A DNA stretch of 64,000 nucleotides from Candidatus Nomurabacteria bacterium (lineage in GTDB: Bacteria > Patescibacteriota > Minisyncoccia > Phycocordibacterales > UBA9973), in the NCBI GenBank assembly GCA_026396015.1, contig JAPLXP010000002.1, positions 5,502 through 69,501 of the forward strand. Reading direction: 5' to 3'. Positions 57,039 through 64,000 of this stretch are shown one piece after another. The notes beneath the pieces were generated by a model. It saw only the letters and a list, made by a program, of their open reading frames with translations, was not told the origin of the DNA and made no database searches. The position numbers were made by a program, and so were the translations under genes. Position 1 is the stretch's first letter. Each line of letters starts with the position of its first letter.

Positions 57039-57569
57039 TTAAAAAGTAAAAATATTAAATGATATGGTTGATGACCAAGGATAAAAAGTTTCTTTTGAAT
57101 CTTTCTGATTAGTATTTGCACTCAAATTCAATGAATTGATATTAATAGCAAATGGCATATACTCAATCATTTTAATAACTTTTACCACTGAATTAAAATT
57201 ACCTTCTACCAGTAGAACAATAGTGATGACCTTCTTGTTGTCTTTAGAGAACTCTACAGACTGTACTTCTGCTCGTGTACCTAGTCCAACTGAATTTTTT
57301 TCTAGATCACTCACAAAATAATCAATTGAATTTGCATTTACAAAGTATGAATTTATTTGCTTATTTTGATTTTCCGCTTCGTGTATAACCTTTATTAGAC
57401 TACTCCCCTGTTTTTTCTCCTTTATTCGATCTTCCAATGTCTTATTTACAGACTCTGTGTGAATATTCTTGTTTCTAATTACAGTAAAAAAGAAAAAAGT
57501 AAAACCTACCAGCAGGATGGTAACTATTGTATATATGATCAATAAAGTTGTAGTGCGTGATAATTTCAT
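57039..57569 (-). CDS. PilO-like type IV pilus alignment protein
   Basis: N-terminal TM helix then a periplasmic domain; operon context. Confidence 0.5.
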   Translation of the reverse strand: MKLSRTTTLLIIYTIVTILLVGFTFFFFTVIRNKNIHTESVNKTLEDRIKEKKQGSSLIKVIHEAENQNKQINSYFVNANSIDYFVSDLEKNSVGLGTRAEVQSVEFSKDNKKVITIVLLVEGNFNSVVKVIKMIEYMPFAININSLNLSANTNQKDSKETFYPWSSTISFNIFTF

Positions 57570-57570
57570 A

Positions 57571-58110
57571 TTATTTTAAATAAACTGAGAGGCTGTAGTC
57601 TATATTAGAAGGTTTAACAAAATTTGATATAGGCAAATCTACTGCAGAAAAAGTACTATTCCCTAAAATAGAATCATTGAATGTATGCAATGCAGATCTA
57701 TCACGAGCCTTGCCTATAATTTGTATTGGGGCGGCACCATCAGAACGATTCATATAATTTATTTGAGTAAAACTAACACCAGATGTCCTTACTGAAAGGA
57801 GCGAATCTATTACAGATTCAGATACACTGTATTTGGGTTTTTTAGCTACGAGAAAATCCAAGCGATCATTCGTAGCGGATATCTCATCATTTAATTTATT
57901 TATATTTATTTCAGGATTTTTCTTATTAAAATTTTCAAGATTGTTTTCGGCTGTAATCTCCTTCGTAGCAGAGTATTTATAAGAAGGAATAAGGAGCAAT
58001 AATACCACAACAGAAAAAAATGAAATAAAAATCAAAACAACAATAATAAGCCGTATAATATATTCATGCTCTAAATTACTCTTTTCTTTTTTAGGTAAAA
58101 TATTTATCAT
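57571..58110 (-). CDS. PilN-like type IV pilus alignment protein
   Basis: Short cytoplasmic N-terminus, TM helix, periplasmic coiled-coil region; directly downstream of pilM. Confidence 0.55.
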   Translation of the reverse strand: MINILPKKEKSNLEHEYIIRLIIVVLIFISFFSVVVLLLLIPSYKYSATKEITAENNLENFNKKNPEININKLNDEISATNDRLDFLVAKKPKYSVSESVIDSLLSVRTSGVSFTQINYMNRSDGAAPIQIIGKARDRSALHTFNDSILGNSTFSAVDLPISNFVKPSNIDYSLSVYLK

Positions 58111-59192
58111 ACAACATAATCCCCCAATGCTAATCCGAGCATTGTCACATATGATAATGATTCTCTCTGTGTCATGTTGGGGATGGACTCTTCCATACTA
58201 GAAATATTAACCCAAGCTTTTGCATATTCAACTTTTGTCTTAAAACTAGCAGATAGATACAATGACAATCCTGGAATATTTGCACCTCCTCCACACAAAA
58301 TAATGCGAGAGATAGGATCTCTAGTTTTTCCATTCTCATCCTGGTGTGTAGTCCAATATGAAAAATGCTTGTTTATCTCATCACGCAAAACTGCCATCAC
58401 ATTCAGAGTTATTGGGAACAAGTCTTCTCCAGAATCAGAACTATTACCACTAAAAAAGATCTTTTTATCTTCTGCTTCAGAAAATGATATGCCATAATTT
58501 TTTGCAATCATTTCTGTAAAGACATTGCCTCCCATATCAAAAGTAGAAGTAAAAATAACCTTACCATCTACTGCGATAGATATACCCGTGCGAGCCTCAC
58601 CAAAGTCCACGATCATAACAGTATTCTTTTCCCCTCTTGGAATAACTGATTCAGCGATTGACTGTGCTTCCAACTCAAAAGCCACAGGAACTAAATCGGA
58701 TTCCTTAAAAGCATTCATATAAGAATTGATAGTCTCTGCTGCTATAGCCACCACCTCGATAAAAAAACTATTATCTTTTTCCGATAAGATATCGTAGTCA
58801 AAAAGAGTATCAATTGCCAAGAGAGGAACATGATCTTCCAACTGAAGTAATATCATCTCTCTTAGATCACTCCCCTCTATTTTAGGTAGAGACAAAGTGA
58901 AAAGATACACTTGTTCTTCGGGTAGAGCCACACGAACAAATTTAATATTTTCTTTTTTCTTTAATTCTTTTAAAACTTTCACTAGTTGATCCTTTATTAA
59001 AATTTTACCAGACTCAATAACCCCTTTTGGTATTTTTACTGTGCCATAAGTACCCAGCTTGAGTCCATTTTTAGTGAGATTCAATTGTCCGTATTTTATA
59101 GATTGGTCTGATATGTCCAGAGAATAAGATGACATAGCCAAGAATTGTGGTGTTGGAAAATATTTACTATACAACTGTTTCATTGTAATCAT
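58107..59192 (-). CDS. pilM: type IV pilus assembly protein PilM (actin-like ATPase fold)
   Basis: Actin/FtsA-like motifs (LDIS ... IVDFGEARTGISI ... ILCGGGANIPGL). Confidence 0.8.
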   Translation of the reverse strand: MITMKQLYSKYFPTPQFLAMSSYSLDISDQSIKYGQLNLTKNGLKLGTYGTVKIPKGVIESGKILIKDQLVKVLKELKKKENIKFVRVALPEEQVYLFTLSLPKIEGSDLREMILLQLEDHVPLLAIDTLFDYDILSEKDNSFFIEVVAIAAETINSYMNAFKESDLVPVAFELEAQSIAESVIPRGEKNTVMIVDFGEARTGISIAVDGKVIFTSTFDMGGNVFTEMIAKNYGISFSEAEDKKIFFSGNSSDSGEDLFPITLNVMAVLRDEINKHFSYWTTHQDENGKTRDPISRIILCGGGANIPGLSLYLSASFKTKVEYAKAWVNISSMEESIPNMTQRESLSYVTMLGLALGDYVV

Positions 59193-59265
59193 ATTATACG
59201 ATACATAAATATTATATGAAAGTATATTTTATTTATTTATACGTTTAAGTATATTTTATTTATAG

Positions 59266-59865
59266 TTACATATTTTTGCGAGCAAAATAGTTTCGAACAA
59301 AAGATATAATCACAGGTAGTAGCGAAATAAAAACAATAGCAATGATAATAGGCAAAATATATCTATCTGGGTTCGGAATTATATTCCCCAAAAAGTAACC
59401 CAAAGACAATACTGAGACAGCCCATAAAATACCTCCAATAATATTGTAAGATAGGAATGTCTTATAATCCATACGAGCTACACCAGCTACGATAGGTGCA
59501 AATGTGCGAATGATCGGAATAAATCGTGCCAAAATAATAGTATACTTTCCATGCTTTTGATAAAAAGTCTCAGCCTGATGTAATCTCTTTTTTTTGAAAA
59601 AGAATCCTGCTTCTTTTTCAAAAAGAGCACGACCCATATTTTTACCAGTCCAGTATCCTGCACTATCCCCTGCGATAGCAAAAATAGAACAAAATACAAA
59701 TAAAATTGTGATACTTAAAAAACCTTGTGAAGCGAGTAATCCTGCAGTAAAGAGCAATGAATCACCTGGCAAGAAAAAACCAAAAATTATTCCTGATTCA
59801 AGGAACACAATCGCACAGATTCCAGCCACACCAACAATCTGAATAAAGTGAATTATATCGAACAT
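59266..59865 (-). CDS. DedA/VTT-family membrane protein
   Basis: FLESGIIFGFFLPGDSLLFTAG DedA signature. Confidence 0.7.
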   Translation of the reverse strand: MFDIIHFIQIVGVAGICAIVFLESGIIFGFFLPGDSLLFTAGLLASQGFLSITILFVFCSIFAIAGDSAGYWTGKNMGRALFEKEAGFFFKKKRLHQAETFYQKHGKYTIILARFIPIIRTFAPIVAGVARMDYKTFLSYNIIGGILWAVSVLSLGYFLGNIIPNPDRYILPIIIAIVFISLLPVIISFVRNYFARKNM

Positions 59866-59866
59866 A

Positions 59867-60241
59867 CTATCTCACGCGGCTACCAGCCTCCACCTGCGTA
59901 TCAGGTGTGATAAATACAGGCGATCCATCCTGACCATCTACTGCCATGAGCATTCCATTACTTTCAAATCCTTTTATCTTTCTTGGTTCTAGATTCACGA
60001 TATACAAAACTTGTTTGCCAATTAATTTTTCATAATCTGGAAAAAATTCTCGGATACCTGATATTATCTGTCTATATTTTTGTTCAACTTTCTTTTCATC
60101 CCCTTCACCTACTTCTACAGTCTCACCGAAATCTATCTGACAGCGTAGAAGCTTGTCTGTATCTGGTACAGGTTCTATCTCCTTTATCGTGCCAAATCTA
60201 ATATCCATTTTTTTAAATTCTTCGTATGATACGTATTCCAT
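59867..60241 (-). CDS. tRNA-binding domain protein (CsaA/Trbp111/EMAP-II-like)
   Basis: FKKMDIRFGTIKEIEPVPDTDKLLRCQIDFGE ... GKQVLYIVNLEPRKIKGFESNGMLMA matches the OB-fold tRNA-binding domain. Confidence 0.75.
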   Translation of the reverse strand: MEYVSYEEFKKMDIRFGTIKEIEPVPDTDKLLRCQIDFGETVEVGEGDEKKVEQKYRQIISGIREFFPDYEKLIGKQVLYIVNLEPRKIKGFESNGMLMAVDGQDGSPVFITPDTQVEAGSRVR

Positions 60242-60250
60242 AAATTAATT

Positions 60251-60679
60251 TTAATTATTTTGTAAATTTTTCTTTTCTAAAAATCTTGCGAGTATCAATG
60301 CTGCAGCAGACGCATCTGCGGGATTTTGTTTTTCTTTTGTAATCTTGCGTGCATTATTCACCTCCTTGCCACCCCTACCCCGAGCCTCTATAGTAGTCAT
60401 GAATTCTTTTTGTAAAAATACTGGCATGTCAGTCTCTACCTCAATATTTTTTACAAATTCTTCAATACTACCCATTATTTTATTTGGCTTACCAGATAAG
60501 TCATGCGATTCACCAATAACTATTCCAGAAATATTTTCTTTACTACAAATATCAGAGATATTTTTTATCAAATTCATATCATTTGAAACAATAGAGTGAG
60601 GAAAAGCCATCATGCCCATATCGTCAGACATAGCCAAGCCAACTCTCTTTGAACCATAATCAATTCCTAAGTATTTCAT
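60251..60679 (-). CDS. ruvX: Holliday-junction resolvase-like YqgF/RuvX
   Basis: MKYLGIDYGSKRVGLAMSD N-terminus and GIVIGES motif. Confidence 0.85.
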   Translation of the reverse strand: MKYLGIDYGSKRVGLAMSDDMGMMAFPHSIVSNDMNLIKNISDICSKENISGIVIGESHDLSGKPNKIMGSIEEFVKNIEVETDMPVFLQKEFMTTIEARGRGGKEVNNARKITKEKQNPADASAAALILARFLEKKNLQNN

Positions 60680-60731
60680 ATATACAGGATAGCATAAATC
60701 TGCTGCGTTGCGATAAAATAGTTTTTTTGCT

Positions 60732-60968
60732 ATGATACACTATATGGCAATCAGCATTTTAAAAATTATGATTCTTGTTATCGTATTAATATGGGTTTTG
60801 TTTTGGAAGGGTTATTCTGTATGGACAGCAGCACGAAATGGACAAAAGAGATGGTTCATCGCGCTTGTCATCCTAAATACCCTATCAATACTAGATATCG
60901 TATACATTTTTTACGTAGCAAATAAGACGCCGGAGGATATAAAGAATGTTTTGAAGTCTAAGATATAG
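60732..60968 (+). CDS. small hypothetical membrane protein (78 aa, two TM helices)
   Basis: Hydrophobic ORF only. Confidence 0.4.
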   Translation: MIHYMAISILKIMILVIVLIWVLFWKGYSVWTAARNGQKRWFIALVILNTLSILDIVYIFYVANKTPEDIKNVLKSKI

Positions 60969-61130
60969 ATTTTAAAATAAATACGGAGGTGTGGCTATGA
61001 AATATGAACTGCTTCATATTTCATCCGATCCTGAATAATTCTAATTCAGGACTGACTATTACGAGCGAGAGCGAGTAGGTCAGAGGGAAGGGTCCGAGAG
61101 GACACGAAGCCACGCCGACAATGTACACAT

Positions 61131-61217
61131 GGAGGTGTGGCTGAGTGGTTGAAGGCACTTGTCTTGAAAACAAGAGACCGTTTACGCGGTCCGGGAGTTC
61201 GAATCCCCCCGCCTCCG
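61131..61217 (+). tRNA. tRNA-Ser (anticodon TGA), type II
   Basis: Manual fold: acceptor GGAGGTG/CGCCTCC, anticodon stem-loop CTTGT-CTTGAAA-ACAAG, long variable arm, T-loop TTCGAAT (one mismatch in the T-stem as read). Followed by a terminator. Confidence 0.7.
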
Positions 61218-61218
61218 C

Positions 61219-61252
61219 AAAAAAAGAAAACCCGAAAGGGTTTTTCTTTTTG
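61219..61252 (+). terminator. terminator after tRNA-Ser
   Basis: AAAACCC-GAAA-GGGTTTT hairpin plus T-run. Confidence 0.6.
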
Positions 61253-61426
61253 CGTGGCGAGAAAGTGACCTGCGTCACTCTCGTGGGGGATTCGAAAGAC
61301 TTTTCGTTCTCTGGTTTACCAGAGCGAAAAGTACCTGGCTATGTAATAGCCGAATCCCCTCTTTGATTACGAAAGGTGTACTGGTCCTGTAAGGACAGAA
61401 AAGCGTAATAGCGGTCCCCCATTAGT

Positions 61427-62332
61427 CTATTTAAAATTTTGTGAGATTTGCATTCCTAGTTCTTTCATCTCTTGTCTTAATTTTGCAATTTTTTCTTTAT
61501 CATCTTTTGTTTGATTTTTATTTATCTCTGAATATCTGCTGTTGATATTACTATCTTTCTCTACACCAATTGCTTTTTTAGATTCACCCATAGAATAACT
61601 GAGTTTCATTTTCTCATTAGCTGGATTTCTATCGTCTTCATAAATATCAACAACCTTTCCAATATTTTCACCCGGGACATAATTATCTTCCTTACTTCCA
61701 AATATACTAAAATATGGAACTTCGTAACCAAAAGCATAATTTATTTCTTTGCTAGTGTGTCCATTGCTTGAATATTCATCTATGACTGCTATATTAGCTT
61801 TAGTATCATTTTCACTTATTTTTTGATTATAATTATCTATCTCGATCGCTCGCTCTTTTTCAGTATGCCTTTTTTCAAAAGTCCTATTGAAATCATCTTT
61901 TTGATTTTTTTCATATTCATCATACTCCCCTTCAGCAAAAAGATTACTATGAGAATAAAGGCTTCTGTTTCGAGCCAACTCTTTTAACAAAAAAACTTCA
62001 GCTTCTTCTTTCCCAAGTTCTCTTTCCTCTGTGCTTTCATATACAGAAGTGTTTCTATCCGGACCATGAACCTTTAAAAAAAAGATTTTAGGTTTATTTA
62101 TTTTTTTATTTTTTGCTATTTCTGAAAAAATAGGATCGAGCAAATAATACAAAGGGCGAGCAGATGTATCAGGATAAACAATAGCATCCGGCAATTTTCC
62201 ATTAAATTCACTTAAAATCTTGGTGACAACATTTTTACAACCTTCTAGTAGTATTTTTTTATCCCATTCATTTAGAATATTTTCAGTGGTCTGCTTCTTT
62301 TGATTAAATTGTGATTCAAAGTTATTTTTCAT
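61427..62332 (-). CDS. hypothetical acidic protein (301 aa) with weak phosphoribosyltransferase-like motifs
   Basis: IAVIDEYSSNGHT resembles the PRTase PRPP-binding motif; otherwise unrecognised. Confidence 0.4.
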   Translation of the reverse strand: MKNNFESQFNQKKQTTENILNEWDKKILLEGCKNVVTKILSEFNGKLPDAIVYPDTSARPLYYLLDPIFSEIAKNKKINKPKIFFLKVHGPDRNTSVYESTEERELGKEEAEVFLLKELARNRSLYSHSNLFAEGEYDEYEKNQKDDFNRTFEKRHTEKERAIEIDNYNQKISENDTKANIAVIDEYSSNGHTSKEINYAFGYEVPYFSIFGSKEDNYVPGENIGKVVDIYEDDRNPANEKMKLSYSMGESKKAIGVEKDSNINSRYSEINKNQTKDDKEKIAKLRQEMKELGMQISQNFK

Positions 62333-62338
62333 ATTTTT

Positions 62339-62758
62339 TTACCAACTAGCCAATATTGCACCTATCACAGACATCACTACTAATGAGCATCCACATTCAA
62401 ACAACCACAGCTTGTAATTCTTGCCCATCCAGATGACATCAATAGATGAAGACGTGACCAGGAATCCGAGCCATAGCAATACACCCATGATAGCCCCTCG
62501 TAGCCATGTAGCCGGACCCATCAATGATGAAGAAAAAACTAAACCAAAAATCATAGCCATCACAGCGGCAGTGACTATATTAGAAAAAAGATTCCATGCC
62601 ATCTGAGGGATCATATCAGAGAGCTTCTCGTTCCCTGTCGGATGAATGTTTGCCAACTTCATCCACAACTTTCCAGACACTGGACCATGGAATAAAAACC
62701 CAAGAATAAAAGCGACAACTGCTGAAACAAGAACTGCAATAAAATTTATTTGTAGCAT
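62339..62758 (-). CDS. small four-TM membrane protein (DUF-type)
   Basis: Hydrophobicity only. Confidence 0.45.
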   Translation of the reverse strand: MLQINFIAVLVSAVVAFILGFLFHGPVSGKLWMKLANIHPTGNEKLSDMIPQMAWNLFSNIVTAAVMAMIFGLVFSSSLMGPATWLRGAIMGVLLWLGFLVTSSSIDVIWMGKNYKLWLFECGCSLVVMSVIGAILASW

Positions 62759-62770
62759 ATATTTTGTATA

Positions 62771-63751
62771 TTATTTGTTTTCTAATTTTTTATCCACACT
62801 CCAGAGCCCTCCCCCTTCGATGGCCAATATTGCCAATGCTGAGAACAATGTCACATGAGAGTACACGGCCTCCTTAAAATAAAAGAACGTCATAGATATA
62901 ACGAGGAATGCTACGAATGCTACTGTGCGTGTATAGAATCCGATGATGATCAATATGCCTAGCAGTAATTCTATCAAACCTGCAGATAGTACCCACATAG
63001 ATGGATCAACAGGAACAATAGAAGCCAAATTATACTGATGCACTACTAAATCAGAAAATCCTGGATTCAAAAGTTTTTCATAAAGAGCCAAATAAACAAA
63101 AGCGAACCCGAGACCCAAACGGAGTATTGGTGCTAAATATTTTCTATCTATTTTTATAAACTTAAACATTGAGATTCCAAACATATCATCTACACCAGGA
63201 CGTGCACTATGAAATACTAAGAATGAAACTGCGAGCACCAAGAAATCCATATTTCCAATCAAGTATGAATTTGTAAAAAGCCCATAAAGAAAAATCAATA
63301 TAGATGTGATTGTTGTAGGTATCAACAAGAATCCGGACAAGAAGAAAAATCCTAGTGTAATCTGTATTAAGGAAAATACATGAGCGTCTGTATATGTAGG
63401 TGAGATCAAAACATCAGACATACCAGCACCAAGCAGTGATATACCTAATGCAAGACGGATTATCCATGGAATCAATTCGTGATAGGAAGAAAGCTTGTCT
63501 TTTATTTTATTTAAAAACTTGATGATAGTTTTGTTTTTATTGCAGAAGATTGCTACAGCCAATACAAGAACTGCTGTACCAATCATGAGCACCCAATCCA
63601 TAGGGATAGATAGTGCATGTTCTAGATACGCAGGATTCTCCCCTGCTACTCGAACCATATCTTCTTTTTTAATTACATAGGAAACATGAGCAGAAGCAAA
63701 AACTGGAACAATAGAAGCTAATAAAATTAAAAAATGACTAAAATATTTCAT
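62771..63751 (-). CDS. polytopic membrane protein with signal peptide and a DoxX-like C-terminal region
   Basis: Signal peptide MKYFSHFLILLASIVPVFASA, then at least eight TM segments. Confidence 0.5.
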   Translation of the reverse strand: MKYFSHFLILLASIVPVFASAHVSYVIKKEDMVRVAGENPAYLEHALSIPMDWVLMIGTAVLVLAVAIFCNKNKTIIKFLNKIKDKLSSYHELIPWIIRLALGISLLGAGMSDVLISPTYTDAHVFSLIQITLGFFFLSGFLLIPTTITSILIFLYGLFTNSYLIGNMDFLVLAVSFLVFHSARPGVDDMFGISMFKFIKIDRKYLAPILRLGLGFAFVYLALYEKLLNPGFSDLVVHQYNLASIVPVDPSMWVLSAGLIELLLGILIIIGFYTRTVAFVAFLVISMTFFYFKEAVYSHVTLFSALAILAIEGGGLWSVDKKLENK

Positions 63752-63851
63752 GCCATAATTATAACATAACTTTATTCCGGATGATTTTGAATTTGAACAA
63801 AAAAAAGTTATTATTAAAAAATAAACAACAATTATCATTTAATTTTAATTC

Positions 63852-64000
63852 TTATGAAAAAAACAATACAATATAGCATTTCAAGCTTACTTATCCTTAC
63901 TAGCGTTATGCCATTCTTCGCTTTTGCAGAGGAAGCTATACCAGAAACCACAAGCATAAAAACTACTCCTGCAACAACAATAGCAATCCCACAGGGCAAC
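63852..64000 (+). CDS. 5' end of a secreted protein gene, truncated by the window edge
   Basis: MKKTIQYSISSLLILTSVMPFFAFAEE signal peptide, then a Thr/Pro-rich segment. Confidence 0.4.

Noticed and set aside
61021-61366. ORFs 61021-61278 (-) and 61145-61366 (+)
   Set aside because: They overlap tRNA-Ser and its terminator, and the translations mirror tRNA and hairpin sequence. They are treated as non-coding.
1-64000. CRISPR arrays, cas genes, integrases or transposases
   Set aside because: No regularly spaced direct repeats and no recognisable cas, integrase or transposase ORFs were found. The only substantial repeats are the 125-bp nrdJ 5'-region duplication and the P1/P2 palindromes.

Overview
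This is a low-GC, gene-dense window of about 90 features, almost all on the minus strand, whose gene content suggests a small-genome CPR/Patescibacteria-type bacterium. Recognisable core genes include rpsL, rpsG, fusA, rplS, pgk, tpiA, recJ, rnhA, ruvX, maf and five tRNAs (His, Leu, Val, Arg, Ser). Accessory content includes a MacAB-like ABC efflux operon, a P1B-type ATPase and ComEC. There are two type IV pilus loci: pilB, pilC and three prepilins at about 13.7-20.0 kb, and pilM, pilN and pilO-like genes at about 56.7-59.2 kb. The findings I rate highest are:

1. A tRNA-dependent cyclodipeptide synthase (CDPS, NYH-type) gene at 44165-44821. It is unexpected in this kind of genome. It is transcribed divergently from a winged-helix protein gene that is flanked by two near-identical 18-bp palindromes.

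2. A cobalamin theme spread over several loci. There is an adenosylcobalamin-dependent class II RNR (nrdJ) and a PduO-type adenosyltransferase. Downstream of nrdJ sit a small DUF4430-like secreted protein, a 708-aa secreted alpha/alpha-toroid (prenyltransferase-repeat) protein and a DsbA/DsbB pair. Together these look like a split, transcobalamin-like surface corrinoid-capture module. A leader ending in a terminator lies in front of them and may be riboswitch-like.

3. A 1171-aa surface protein with an N-terminal SGNH/GDSL esterase domain, a long Gly/Ser/Thr-rich region that may form a beta-helix, and a C-terminal phage-tail-spike-type intramolecular chaperone (Peptidase_S74) domain.

4. A duplication of about 125 bp carrying the nrdJ promoter and its first six codons (MPSKKK). 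The copy sits between a DinJ antitoxin and a YafQ toxin gene and supplies the toxin's promoter and start.

5. A NUDIX gene frameshifted by a 7-bp tandem duplication.

6. Two hypothetical genes inserted into the str operon between rpsG and fusA.

7. Structured non-coding regions around tRNA-Ser.

No CRISPR array, integrase or transposase was seen.
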